DNA of 63,117 nt, counting the filler, from Phoronis australis (taxonomy: Eukaryota > Animalia > Phoronida), in assembly GCA_002633005.1 (NCBI GenBank). It is 5 parts of 5 records of this genome, joined end to end, with 100 filler letters (N's around TTAATTAATTAA, not from the genome) between each part and the next. Parts side by side here need not be neighbours in the genome. Positions count along the whole stretch, not along the records: positions 10,170 to 26,504 come from NMRA01001510.1; positions 26,605 to 28,355 come from NMRA01001791.1; positions 28,456 to 52,952 come from NMRA01000936.1; 2 more parts are not named here. The stretch is one strand, 5' to 3'. The translations under genes and the position numbers were made by a program. A model generated the notes under the pieces. The model did not search any database. It was not told the origin of the DNA and worked only from the letters and a program-made list of their open reading frames with translations. Below, piece after piece: positions 24,588-38,800 of the stretch (position 1 is its first letter; every line of letters begins with the position of its first letter).

Positions 24588-26326
24588 TTTTTATGCGCCC
24601 ACATATTTTTATGTGGACGCATTATGCCGTCATCTCCGTCCGTCCGTCCGTACGGGCGGCGTCCGGCGTCCACTGCTCTATCTCCAAAACCCTTTGACAT
24701 ACGTTCATGAAATTTGGCACATATGCTCCATTCATGAGTAGGACGGCATGTGCGAACTTTTGGACGGATCTGACTTCCGGTGTGCCCCCTAGTGGCAATT
24801 TTAGTTTTTTACGCTTACCTTTGTATCTTCGAAAGTCCTGAACGGATTTTCATGAAATTTGATATGTAGGCACCTATTAGTGAGATGACGCTATCCTCCC
24901 GTTTTCAGATGGATTCGACATAGTTTGCGCCACCTAGTGGCCATTTTTAGTGTTTTCGAGTCTGTTTTTGTGCGTCCACCCCTCTATCAACCAAACCGCT
25001 CAAAGGATGATTGTGAAAATTGGCATGTATATGCTTACTATGTAGAGGATGGTTGACGATGATTTTCCGACGATTTCGACTACTGTGGCGCCTCCTAGTG
25101 GCAGTTTTGTTTTTTTGCGCCTATGGCTGTATCTCCTAAACCGTTCGCAGGATCTTTACAAATTGTGTAAGTATATTTATATGATGTTAACAACGGAAGA
25201 TGACGACTTTTGGTCGGATCCGACTACCGGTGTGCCCCCTAGTGGCAATTTTAGTTTTTTACGCTTACCTTTGTATCTTCAAAAGTATTGAACGGATTTT
25301 CATGAAATTTGGTATGTAGGCACCTATTAGTGAGATGATGCTATCCTCCCGTTTTCAGATGGATTCGACATAGTTTGCGCCACCTAGTGGCCATTTTTAG
25401 TGTTTTCGAGTCTGTTTTTGTGCATCCACCCCTCTATCAACCAAACCGCTCAAAGGATGATTGTGAAAATTGGCATGTATATGCTTACTATGTAGAGGAC
25501 AGTTGACGATGATTTTCCGATGTTTTCGACTACTGTGGCGCCTCCTAGTGGCAGTTTTGTTTTTTTTGCGCCTATGGCTGTATCTCCTAAACCGTTTGCA
25601 GGATCTTTACGAAATTTAATAAGTGTATTTATATGATGTTAACAACAGACGATGACGACTTTTGGACGGATCCGAGTACCAGTGTGCCCCCTAGTGGCAA
25701 TTTTATTTTTTTACGTTTACCTTTGTATCTTCAAAAGTCGATTTTCATGAAATTTGGTATGTTGGCACCTATTAGTGCGATGATGCTATCCTCCCGTTTT
25801 CGGATGGATTCGACCTAGTTTGCGACACGCAGTAGCCATTTTTACTGTTTTTTAGTCTGTTTTTTGGCGTCCACCCCTCTATCAACCAAACCACTCTAAG
25901 TATGATTGTGAAAATTGGGCATGTATGTTCTTACTATGAAGAGGACGGTTGACGCTGAATTTCCCATGACTTTGATTACTGTGGCGCCTTCTAGTGGCAG
26001 TTTTTTTTTTGCGCCCATGGCTGTATCTCCCAAACTGTGTGCAGGATCTTTACTAAATTTATGGTGGTAAATTTGTTTTTAATTCTATGTTTTTGTGGTG
26101 CTTTAAGCAACTGATGTATAGGATGTGCTTTTATTATGAAGATCACTCACATTTTGCCCCTAGCCTATTGAGGAGACAATGACCATGCCTTTCCATTTTG
26201 CAAAGTACAACGTACTACATATATATGCCCCCTACTGGCCACTTTATGGTACCAATAAACAACCCTAGAAGTATACCGTATGGGGTGCAATTGTGGGCGC
26301 ATTTCAACGCTCTGCGTTGCTCTTGT
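24588..26326 (+). mobile_element. Complete Helentron-associated non-autonomous element (HINE/DINE-1-like) with an internal satellite
   Basis: Starts in a T-run; 5' subTIR atgcgcccaca (24593) with adjacent inverted copy tgtggacgcat; (GTCC)n microsatellite; central tandem repeats; 3' subTIR tgtgggcgcat (26292); hairpin caacgc-tct-gcgttg; end ctcttgt. Confidence 0.88.
24700..26060. repeat. 450-bp tandem repeat, about 3 copies, each made of three ~150-bp subunits
   Basis: aacggattttcatgaaattt at 24841 and 25291, with a variant near 25741. Each subunit carries g(c/t)gcc.cctagtggc. Confidence 0.92.
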
Positions 26327-28636
26327 AACAATGTTGGGGTAAAGTACACACATATTGGAACAGCATAAAAGTAACTTAATTGCTGTTAACTGGATCAAGT
26401 TTGTAACCCGTTGGCTACATTTCATTAAAATTTGAGCTTGGATGGGGTGAACTAGTCCGCATAGTGGCTGAGAATTTTGGGGATAGTTGTAAATCATGGT
26501 GTTCNNNNNNNNNNNNNNNNNNNNNNNNNNNNNNNNNNNNNNNNNNNNTTAATTAATTAANNNNNNNNNNNNNNNNNNNNNNNNNNNNNNNNNNNNNNNN
26601 NNNNGCGGCAAATTCCTTTCTTACCGCGGCATTGCCGACGACGTTCACCTCGAAAAGCGGAAGTTGCTCGTTATGTTTCGGAGGAACGTAAATTGCCGGG
26701 CCATCTGGGATAGCGTGGTGGGATTTTCAGTGGCGTCTCGTGTGAGTGTAAACCGCGGTGACAATTACTACGGCTCTGCAGGCAAAAATGTGTGGGGGTG
26801 GGAGTGGACGGACGAGCTAAAAAGACGCAAACGTATGCTACTGATGGTGGTAACGTTTTTTTATTTTAGTCCTTCCGATTTTCGTCGACGTGAAGTTCAT
26901 ATCGACTATTTCAAGGTTGGGTAGCGCGCATGTTTTGGGCCATAAAAGTTTCAGCGTTTTTTGTCATTGGTCATTCCAACGCGCGTTCTTATGAACGTGG
27001 CAACAGAGGACAACTTCTTTGGGACCAATCAAACGGGACTACAAAGTGTGACTCACGGTGGCAATTCTGTTTTTTTATGTTTACGGCTGGATAAATTTGG
27101 CAAATAAGTGTCTGTTGGATGAAAATGCTCCAAGTCCATGTGCTTATAATCGCAAACAAGGGTTTCCGCCATTTTTGGAGTGCATGTAAACCGCAACGGA
27201 CAACCACTGGAATGAATCAGATCGTTGACACGAATAAATTCTGAAAATATCTTGGAAGAGAGTAGCCTAACCCCCGGCGGGATGCTCCGTCTTCCATGGT
27301 CTCCCACTTGGCCATCAAGTATCTGCGCTTATACCTTCGGGAAGCTTCTGAAACTTACGTACATTTAATTACGAATTTAAAAAAATCTTGCCACTCCACA
27401 ATTGCTGCAGAAGCCAATGAAACTTGGGTGAAGCCAATGGTGCTTAGAACTAAGATAAGGGATGTAGTTCGGAAAATCTATCACCCCACTCCTAAATTGC
27501 AAAGACGTGCACTAGATGATTTTTGCTAATCTGGAATCAGGTTCTAAAGAATTTGCGTTTCTCTGAAATTTGGGGGGAAATTCGGTTAGTTCGAATTTTT
27601 GAGAATGTGGACCTTTTATTCAGGGTTATGAATTGTGCATTCACCTAATTTTGGTAGTTTCTGCTCTTCTAGTGGACTTTTGTCTCGTTCTCTACTTTTT
27701 TCGGAGTTTTTGTTTCTCCGAGGCGGACCTTTGTGCCTACGTCGTCAAGTGGGGGTGGGGGGGGGGGCTCGTTCAAGCACCCCTGGGTCCGCGCATGAAA
27801 AGCATAATCCAAGTAAAATATACCGCAGTTCAATTTTCTTACGTCACTCTTATACTCCGTAAATCGTAATTTGGTAGTAGACCGGCATATTTTTGACACA
27901 CTTAAAAAATGAATTTCGTAAAAATACGCCCCTAAGTTCGAAATCATACTCTAAACGCACAACGCGCGTCAAAAAATTAACCTTTTCTTGTGACATTTTG
28001 TTGAAAGATGGTTTCCAAATACCTGGTGTATCTGTCTCCTTGGGGGTTTGCCGCCCATACACCAAAATCCACTCGCCTATTTTTTATTGGGGTGCGAAAT
28101 TGGCGGAAGTCCAGGTGGTGGATGCAGTGTCGCCACAGGGAACAACCGGGGGAGGGCAAAGTTTGCCGAAGTCGAGTTAGTTATGTTGTCCAAACCCCCC
28201 AATAATATCTACCTTTACGCACCCGCAACTCATTAATGCCATAGAAATGTTAGCATTCATAACAACAACAATCCTAATAGCAGGCCCGTAGGAAGGTAAA
28301 AATTATTGGGGGGGCACCGACCCTGGTCGATACGTAACTTCTAATTTCGAAACCANNNNNNNNNNNNNNNNNNNNNNNNNNNNNNNNNNNNNNNNNNNNT
28401 TAATTAATTAANNNNNNNNNNNNNNNNNNNNNNNNNNNNNNNNNNNNNNNNNNNNACTCCGTTTCATACTGAGTTCAACAAAGCGCCAGTGGTTGACGTG
28501 TTGATTGTTTGCCAACACGAATTCGTATTCGCAGCAATTTGTTCTGAGATCAAAGGAACACGATGCAATAGCTTCATCTTCACACAATCACGCCGGGCGT
28601 ATCGAAACAATGAAGTGGGTGGTCCACTAGTAGTGG

Positions 28637-31600
28637 CAGGCTCGAACTGACTGAAGGCCAGTCACAACGCGGAGGCCGCGGTAGGCGGTATCGGGCCGAG
28701 TCACGGTGACGGCTAGACCTTGAACGTCGGGGACGCGATGCTTAAACGGTCGTATTACGTGTAATAGGTTGTATTTTCTCGATATGTGAAAAAGGAAGTG
28801 ACTTGCAACGCTAAAATGAGAATTCTAAATAGGCCTAGCCTATATAGACCCTGAGGTTCAAGTTGGCCATAAGTGAAATAGCTAGGCTTAGCTATATCAA
28901 TAATGAGAATTCTAGCTACACCTGCAAGCTGTTTGGGCCGCGGCAAATGCGGTTTCACCGAGTCTCTGCCGGGAGTACTCGGCACTGGCTTAAAACGTGC
29001 CGCTTTTGGGTTATTGTTTCGTAGACTTTCTGCTTGGCGGTACTTTTCAAAATCCCGGCGGAAAAGTGTCCACCTTTTCATTTTCAACTATCGACTTGTC
29101 CGCGCTCTCGCCGGGCCGTAGGCATACCGACCGGTTTGAGCCGATCATTGATCAGTAATGAGTTTGTTATGTTTCAAAAAAAAAGACTGGTGGTTTTTAT
29201 TCAATTTTAATAAGCATTAAAATTTAAATCTTTGCAAATGGAATATACATATAGCGCAAACATTCCGAAGGCAGTCTACGATTCTCATAGAACTGATCGG
29301 CTCCCAACACAGATCGTTTCTTTCCCACTGGCTGACTCTGACAAGATGAATCGTAATTTCCCCCAGGGGCTCACTTCGTACGTGTAAAGACAAGTCGGTA
29401 CCGGCCTCGCAGCTAGATGGGTGGCCGGTCTAAGACTATTAAATCCAAACCGGCCGGATTGGGGTCCAATAGGTCAAGTTTGTTTTTCAGCACGACTCCG
29501 AAGTCTCTTAAACTAATGTCTATTTTAGTACTCATTTCTTTCTCTACGGCAAACCCCGATAAATATGATGAGGTGCCTCGAAAGTTTGAGTCATTTTGAT
29601 CGGACAGACATTGATGCTGCCACAAAAAGTGCCCCTATTGCCCAGTCGTCACCGCTCCCTGATCCCGGCGCGTTGCCCTCTTCCTAGAACTTTGTCAGAG
29701 GTACATGTATGCCGCTGCACACTGGTAGGCACTACTGGTGGAGAAAATGGGTATCTGATACCACTTGGTAACTATACTGAAAAGATCTACACTTGTGGCT
29801 ACGATACCTAACCCATATCATAAAACCAAAAACAATTATCTTCATCACAAAACTGGTGGTTCTTTAAGGGGCCCATTAGCAATGTTCGGAAGAAAAATGT
29901 TCTAGTCCCACCCTTGAATCATATTAGAGTGTCACGTTGCTACCAATCCCTCTCATCTTGTTGGCGGGAGACCTAGTTTAGGGATCTGAGAAGGCCGGCT
30001 GGTGAGCAAGGCAGAAAGTTCAGACGGGATCGAGGAACGGGTTCGCACTCAACCGCAAAAAATATATATAGAAGAACATATTTTTATTTTGATGCCCCAC
30101 ACTTGACGCGAGGGAACTGATAGTTGAAGTCAAACCAATTTTAACCCTCCTCATACCCTGAATTGAATTTTCAGTCACGCGTATTTTTACTAAAACTGTG
30201 TTTAACAGGCTGAACGTGTTGACGATTGCCACTTGGACTCCGTTAAAGTTAATGGCGCACATGGTTGAGTGTGCGGAAGGACCAGGGGCCCGGCCACCGC
30301 GAGAGGGCACTCACAATGGCTATACGCGACACTGTACGTCGTGTGGTTAATAAGTTAGCTGTTTCACTGCTGTAACATTGAGGACCTGCGCTCCCATGCA
30401 GTGAGTTGTGCTTATTGCAAACAGTGTGGGTGGGGCGACGTTCCCCCACTGGACTGAACATGAAGTACCACCTCCAACGCTCACTCACTACCACTAAACT
30501 CAATTTAAGTTTGACTTTTTGCAGCAATCGATGTTCGCCCCAGTAGTAGTAGTTTTGCAATCGGATATCCATTTATTAAAAAAGGTAAAATCGTGATTTG
30601 CAACGCGTTAAATCAATGCCTGGTTGGAGAATGGGTTACGAATATTTGAGCTCATTGCCCGAAGTGGTTTTATTAGAAAAATGTCAATGATTTGAAATAC
30701 TTTACACAGAGTCGAGGTGAATACCAGCTTGAATGGTAACTCTTGGTGCTAACAGTAGGACAGCGCCCCCTTGCACAATTTAATTCTGTTACTAGTCAAC
30801 AGCCGAGTAACTTAGTAATACAAGAGATGACGTCATGGAAACGTCAGTTTTACCACGGTTTCAAGTCCTTGTTTAAAAGTTTGCGACTGCCCTCACCACC
30901 ACGCAGTACATGTAGCACCCCTGAACTTTTTGACGATCCGTATTGTCAGCTGATGAGGCACAGCCAGTATAACGAATGAACAGTGCGCCGTTGCTCGAGG
31001 TAAGCTAAATCGCTTAGGAGTATAAACTTATAAGTGTACAACTAAAGCGAGCTTTTGATCTAGACCATTACCGATGCAAAATTGATTTCAACTTGTTCTT
31101 TACGCACAAAATAACGGACTGTTAATTCTTTCGCGGCCTTGAAATCACCTATTTGACTAAGGAACAATTTGAGACCAATAACAGAATGGTAAATGGTCCA
31201 AGCCAAAACTTTCAGACAGATGACGGACTAAGAGTCGCTAAGTTGAAATGTTTACGACACTTCTCACTTGACCAAAGACCAAAAAATACCAATGTTAACT
31301 TAATCTTTTAGAATTACAATGACTTCAAGATTCGTGGTTATAACTATTTCAAGAGAAACCATCATTGGAATGGTGCACAAAAGTAGCTTATCTCCTATGG
31401 TAATCAGACGGCCAGTGCCCTTTTTAAGAAATTGTTGGCATGGAAACCGGGTTTAAAGATGGGCACGTTACAAAATGACAATAAGAACTTGATGAAACTT
31501 TTGCCGCCGTGAAATCTGATTAATGCTCTTGTCAGGTGTTTACAAGTAGCACCCAACCATAGCAGCGTATTGTTTTACAGCATCGGCAATTTTAGCAGTC

Positions 31601-31956
31601 AACGGTATTCAGACAAGTCACCGACAGGGGACGTGACATTATAAGCCTTCATGGCGAGAAGCAACCAGTGGCGGGTTTGTAAACCGTTGTTGAGTTCAAA
31701 TCTCTTAATATTGCTACGACTTTTGAAAATGACTCAATCGATTAAAATTGTCACTAATAACTGTTATACTCCGCAGTTAGGTCATGCTTTATGTCCTCTT
31801 TCATTATATGGGCAATGTTCGAGCTTCAGCAAATAAACGTGGTGGCTCGCCGGGCCAGTTGGCTTGATATGAGACCACATCCACATAGGGTCTATATGTG
31901 AAAGTTTACTGGCCCGGCCGAAAAATCCACTGGCCCCGGACAAAGTCAGCGTGTAT
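28637..31956. mobile_element. Possible highly decayed hAT-like DNA transposon
   Basis: Weak inverted ends caggctcgaa and ttttgagcgcta; subterminal ctcgccgggcc/ggccagt/actggccc motifs at both ends (~29105, 31845-31940). No convincing transposase peptide. Confidence 0.25.
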
Positions 31957-33706
31957 TTTGAGCGCTATACATGGGGTACAATTCTATCTCTTGGTATGAA
32001 AAAGGGTCGCGTTTTTCGTTTTGGCCTGTTATAAGTATCCACCCACGGTTCAAGTTGGAAACCCAGCTACAACCCCGCCACCTATCCAGCTACAGCCCTG
32101 CCAAAGCCGGGGTTTCCTGCACAAGTTGTCACCACAGTGCACAAAAAACTTGAAGTGTAATTTTAAAACTTGATATTTCTGAAGTTAAGTTGGCCAAAAT
32201 GTACGAAGAAAAGAGAGTAGACGGTTGCGACCATGACCTTTAGTGCTTGAGATGCTCAGTTGGCATTAATGAAACAGGGTAGAGTGCAATAAGGCTAGTA
32301 CCTCACTGGGCCTATACAAGCAACTAAAGACTTCACGACATTAAGAGAGATATTCCCGTATATTTTAAATGAAAGCAGGTGATTTTGGCCGCTTAGTTTT
32401 CAGTCTAACCGCGAGACAGCTACTGAACTCTACTCGGGTAAGCGTAATCAAGGTACGTCTTCATGATTCACGTACACAGGCAAGGTGTTCACATTTCTTA
32501 TTTAACTCTTCACAATGAAAACAAATTGATGATGAATAACTAAGCTCCTGCGAGTTTTGACATTTAGGAGTCCAGCTCAGAGGGAGGGGTGGTGGTGTTT
32601 GCCGCTAACAAAATCCAATGTTTGTAACACTAACGTAGTCCAGTCTCATAACTGAAAACATTCCCCTCAAAAGAAAGATTATCATTGGCATTAGCTTGGT
32701 TTGGTTTTCATTCACAATTCTAACTTCCCGCCGGCGAAATTGTAGTTATTTCAAGTCAACAAAACACGAACAGTTGCCGGAGGCGTCAAAAGTTTGGTTA
32801 CCTGTTCACGTTTACTTTGGAAGTATTTCACACAGAGACTAGAATTGTGTCTGTCGTAACTGCGATGCTACACGCTCATTTAGCCATACGAAATTGCCAG
32901 TGCCTTTGAGCATACAGTTTTATGCGTGTATATCTGATGGGGACTTGAACGGACTCGAAGACACTTCGATCGCCTGTTTAGTAGTAGGCCTAAAATAAAA
33001 AAATATCAAATCATCTCTTTATTTTATTAAAATGTTTACAGAAACGTGTGTTTTAAGGTAGAGGGAACTATACAAAACACAAAACCAAGAAAAAGAAATA
33101 TTATTTAAGTATTAAATTATTTTATGTAAGCTATACTGCCTCCTCCTCATTATCATATTGTTTGGATTCTCTGGTCAGTGACCCTCTTTGTTTTACGATT
33201 ATTGGTTTAATTGTACCACGTGATCTCTTTGTCTTGTTGCAACACTGGGCCATCGTCCACAATTCTCTCCAACTTTCATTTTTCACTCAATTTCTCTTTC
33301 CCTCCCTCCCTCAAACCAATTTTCATTCATTCCCTTTATCCTCCAATTTCACATGTCGCTGTCCTGGTGTTGCTGTTATTCTTCCGCATATTGTTTCTTA
33401 ACTTACTATGGCAGATTGTCACCCACCTTTACAGTGCAACATGTTATATAACTTTTGTAATTACCGATATCTGTAGTAGTTTAGTTTGTCATAATATATA
33501 TGACCTTTTATCTCAACTACATGTGTTGTTTCACTGTAAACTAGCTTCGGTATCGCTTCGCAGTTAGCGCATATAAACATTATTATGAGTGCGAAAAAAG
33601 TTCCTGGATATTTGTAATCCCGTGCATTCTCGTAGCATTGGTGACGTAGTGAGGCAAACAGCCAAACAAGCGATGACGTCATGATTACATTTTGTCATGG
33701 TTTCAG

Positions 33707-34900
33707 GCACTGAAAATGCTTAGTTGTCACCCCCAACAGCCGGCATCATGAGAGAACAGCTCTTGCACGAAGTAAGTAGAGTAAAGAGTAGGTTAGATGT
33801 CTAGTTAAAGTTGGAACCTAAAAGATGGATAAAATAATCGCGACATTTATGTTCTAGGTTACCACAAAGTCAAGGATCACGGTAGCCATGGCTGGAGTGT
33901 TTCACGTAAGTGACCGTTCTCCAAACATTCTGGTAAGTCAACCATTAACTTTATTCTTTCACGGAATATTTTAAAATTTCATTAATAGTACGATCCAAAG
34001 TTCGCCGATAAAATGTCTGTCGTCATCAAGTATACCGATATGTCATAATATATTTGCAGGTGCCGTTTTCAACACCTTTCATCCACAACACGAGTGCGTC
34101 TGACAATGCCAACTTCAACGGAGAACGCATCGATGTAATACTTCAAGCAAGTAGTATGTCTCCAATCAGGGATGCTATTGGAAAACATTAATTTCGTTTC
34201 GTTTTCATCAAGTATCTGAAGATGGGAAGCAGTACAAATAAAAGATCTATAAAATGTTCACCGCCGTCGTAAAACTGACGTAAACGCTTAACAGATTTTT
34301 AATATCTATGTTTCACAACAGGAGCGTGTTTAACAAGTCTCTGCAGTACAATAGCTACCAGTTTTCTCCATAAACAGGGGGCGTGTTCTCAGGCCGAAAA
34401 TAATTAGGCACTAGCTTGAGAATTATCTGATTACATGTTTTAATTGCTTAATTTAAAACAAGTAAATGTAAATAATGATATTTTAATTATGTGCCTTTTT
34501 ATTTTTTATTTGGTTTTCCCATTGACGACCCTGAAGGACAAATAGAATAAAGTACAACAAAAAGTTTTAATATATGATAGATCATGTCACTGTGCTCTAT
34601 TTCAGTACAAAAGTTTCCTCGACTCCACAATTAGGAAATTAACACCAACGTTAGAAGACCCAGGAGACACGGAAGAGAACGTTACACAGTAAGTAGCTAT
34701 TGTATTTGTTGACTGAATGAGGAAGTTAGTAAGTCATACAATCTCTATTTCTGTGGAAGCTCTAATAATAGGCAAGAGTCACGCAATTCACAACATTGTA
34801 CTTTTCATTTTAGATGTCATAGATAGACAAAATGTCATCTTGGACAGAACACACGTCTGGCGCTACTAGTTCTTTGAAAGAACAAAGCATCGCGGTACAA
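33707..34900 (+). other. Cluster of short exon-like segments (33707-33771, 33858-33905, 34060-34134, 34606-34688, 34814-) without a continuous ORF
   Basis: Each is preceded by a pyrimidine tract plus (c/t)ag and followed by gtaagt/gtaata; 33707-33771 has stops in all three frames. Confidence 0.5.
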
Positions 34901-35763
34901 ACTTGCAAGCTGTTCTACAGTAAACGGGTGTAATGAGGTAGGTATCCAATTTAACTTTGTGACAGAAAGCAAAGAAAATAATGAGATTTAAAATTAATAC
35001 TGATAACATTTTCTTTTTTTTTACTTTAAAGGGATATTTATAATTGTCCACAAAACTTCTCATTTTTGCAACGTTGATAATTTACTGATGCCAACGTTCT
35101 TTTTAATGTATACCTCGTGTTATTTTGAAACTAGTTGTTTTATGGAATCTATGCCGTTTTATTTCACTTCAAGCTCTGCTGGTGTTCCTTTTCCAAACAA
35201 TTAAACTTCAGAATGAAAGCGTGTTCCTATAAATTAATGAAATGTGTCGCTATACAGGCTGGCCCAAAAGTAACGAGTCCCTCTATATTGAAAGCCTACG
35301 TACTGTAACTGGGCGCATGAATATTTATGAAAACTACTTAAGCATAGGCGGATTTAGGGGGGGGGGCAGGGCCCCCCCCCCCCCTTGGCTGCCGCAAAAA
35401 AATAAAACAGTAAGAGCGTAGGGAAATGGTGAGTTTATTAATTAACCCCGGTAATTAAAATTATANTGGCAAGATGTGAATTTTAATCGAAGCCTTAGTG
35501 AATCACTCAGAAACTCGCAATACTCTCTTTGACAAACCTTATCTTAAGACGATTTCCAAAGCAATCCCGTCATTATTGCCAATACGAAAAATGGATTTGG
35601 TATTTTGGACATTTGAAGACTATTTCAAGTACGACAAATTTGTTAAGAATTGAATGCACAAAATATAAAACATGTAATAAGCATTACAAAAAGAAGTAGG
35701 TTTCGCGCGCAAACGCTGTGGACCATCAACAAGTAGGTCTTTTAGAATGGGATTCGAAGTTAA

Positions 35764-35834
35764 GGCGTGGTGGTGTAGTGGTAAAGCACGCGGGCTCTAT
35801 CCGCCAGGTCGTGAGTTCGAGTCTTTGTACGTGC
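35764..35834 (+). mobile_element. tRNA-derived SINE head or tRNA pseudogene
   Basis: A-box-like tggtgtagtgg and B-box gttcgagtc at tRNA-like spacing; the anticodon and T stems do not pair well. Confidence 0.6.
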
Positions 35835-38800
35835 AGTTTTTCCTGTTTGACACGTTCTTGTTTTGCCTTTTTTCTTGGATAATACTTCAGGAATCAAAGA
35901 AAATGCTTGATTTTTAGAGGTAAAAACAGAAAAATTTCCTCTCCCGACCTCCCCCATTCGGTGCAATGCGCAATCTACAGTTGTTTAATTTGCGCAAATG
36001 TTTGCAGCCGGACAAAATGTTGCCCCCCCTTGTGATATCCTAGATCCGCCACTGTTAAGACGACATTTATATTTACTTTTCTTCTGTCTTTTTGTGTATT
36101 GAAAAACTTTATTTTGAAAAGTTATATTTTCCATGAACTTAATAAAACAACCACTCATAAGGGCTTGTGTCCATTTCCCTAAGCTGAAAAAATGCAAGGA
36201 ATATCGCTTAATTTGTGAATGGAAAGAAATAAACAAAGTTATGAGTGGAGACGAATATCACCTTCACTGACTACTTGAAAACATTTACACAGATTTGTGT
36301 TACCTAATTTCACCAGCAGCCACATACCCCGTCGCTCGGGATCGTTGACCTCTATAAAGTAATTCTAAGTGGTATGTTTGGGGCTTTAATATTGTAACGT
36401 GCTGTCTTAGGGGGGAGCACGTGTCCCCAGTAACTTGCAAGTGCCAGGATGAAGCCGTGGCGACCGCCATAGACATATGACAGGGGACAGGAGGCAGTCG
36501 AAAAAAGAAAGACACGTCGAAATATGTAGAAGAGAGAAACTTTAAGAGACCATTTGTCAAATGACATTGTTGCATTTACCCTTTGAGGTCCCTAGCTAAG
36601 ACGTTATTTATTAGGGGTAGGGGTGTTTTTGCATTTTGCAGTATAGATTATCTAAGGTCTGTGAAAACGTTTTCTTAACAGTATATATTTCGAAAAAATC
36701 GCTCAGATTTTCCAGGGCAAATTAATTCACACCCGACTCTGGTAAGGTATAATGGAGCCATCTGTCCCTCTCTTTCGTCATATCACTTGCTATAGACTGG
36801 GAACCTTACAGAGATGAGCCCCGATGATATCATCAATTGCTGCTCTATTCCTGTTTTTGAAATTACACACCCTTTCATATTTGGGGTCCGCAGTCCTTGG
36901 AGAGGGTCCGTTGATGGCATCCATGGCCCTACCTTTGCATTTCATTTATTCAGGGCCCGCTCACGCGTCTATATTCATGTTTTTGTGAAATCGTACTATC
37001 CTTTATGTTGAGGAAGGTGACTTCTTGAGAGGTAACCAGATGAGGGAGTTAACTATCACTCTTTTCTAGTTTTCAATGAGGGAAAGTACATAAAATTTCA
37101 ATCTGATCTAAAATACGCAGAACATATTCAAGACCTAATCAACCAAAAACCTGAGTTTGCATTGAAAAAAACAGCATTGACCGCCATCTAAAGGGTGGAA
37201 ATTTTGAGGACCATTCAGTTACTCAAATACAATATTGCCGATGAATTAATAACGATAAAACTGACGATCTTTTTCCCCAGAAATTTCCAAAATATGATTT
37301 CTTTTGAAGATCGTTGTTAGGAAAGCATTGTTGATGAATAGGGTGTTGTTCGAGGGAAACACACACGCGTCAATCAGATTTTTGGAACTATCATTTTTAT
37401 GATCGTGCGAAGTCTACATATCGGCAATAATCAATCACAGGAATCCCGGATTTTGAGAACCAGTTTAATGCCCGTTATTCATTGGAGAAAACTGGTTCCT
37501 AAAATGCGGGACTCTTGTAAATGTCTTTACCGACGTACACGCTTAAGGATCGATTTGCTTAACGTACTTGTACTGGGAATCGGAAACAAAGATTTCTGCG
37601 ATTTTTGGAGTGCAAGTCTAAGTCGTGAACCCCAACAGGCAACAAAGCTAAGGACCAAAATTTACGTTGACTCTAATAAAATCTGAACATTTCCGTTAGA
37701 TTCTCCGTACGGTGCTCCCCGGCTGCTGTCAAGTGTCCGCACTAATGCCTCAAAAGGCGCACTATGGTCATGTCTTTACGTTTTATTCTATGAGGCGGCC
37801 CAGCAGGACAAGTATGGATTTATATGTTTCTGTACTAATAAAAATCGACTGATTTAAAGACAATATTTGACAATTAGAAACTAATCTTAGATGCAGGTTG
37901 AACTTTCCGAAAAACCTCTTTCTTCCTACCAGCAAACTAAACCAGAAGATGAAATCGGTGTGTACGTGAATTTTGGCGTAATTTAATGAAATTCAACCGG
38001 TTCTGCCTCAGTTACCAACCAGAGAGGTGGGGGTGGGGACCATAGAACTACACTCTTTCAAAGTGTACGTTCAAACCATAACCCTAATAAAGTGAAAATT
38101 CCTCAAATTGGAACTGCTAACCGATTGGATTTTGAGCTTTGGCCGTATTTTCACCTTCCAAAATAGAGGAAATTATAAGCGAAGCTTCCAAGACGACGTT
38201 TGAAGTTTCCAAGATGGCGTTCCATCTACTGTACTACACAATTCCAATTCGATGTAATTTCTCTCCGAATGTCTCTGAATTTCACAACCCGCGATAGGAG
38301 TTTTTAAAATTACTTTCACAACTCTAAAAGAGTGATTTTGGCAGTACATTTTTGGGAAACTAATAAATTGAATTGCAAAAATAACCCCTTAACATGTCAA
38401 AATCATACCCTGATCGCGTGATGCGTGCATTGTATTCAAGTCTAGAAAGTGCCCCTTTCTCGCGAAATATTGAAACATGGGTACCCAAGCTTTTGACGGC
38501 TGCCTCCCCCGCCTGAGTTCTGGCCCCCCAAGTAGCAAAAGTCCGCAACCCTATGACGGGTGGTATGAAGTTGGCGATGACCAGAGGAAAGTGGAAGTGT
38601 TGACGATAGGAAAGAATCTGAAATTAGGGCTCGCGAAGGTGGCAAAAATCTGCCGTAGTCAAATTAGTTTGTGTCCTGCAACCGTGTCTACTTTCCTTAC
38701 GCTGAGGCTTGACATTTGATCTGGTATTGAGATGTCGACGAACAACGAATTTTTGTCTTCCTCCAGGAAAATTGAACTCCAAATATGTTGACAAGGGTGC

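Noticed and set aside
35764-35834. Functional tRNA gene
   Set aside because: A and B boxes are present but the cloverleaf stems are poor and it lies among MITE sequence.
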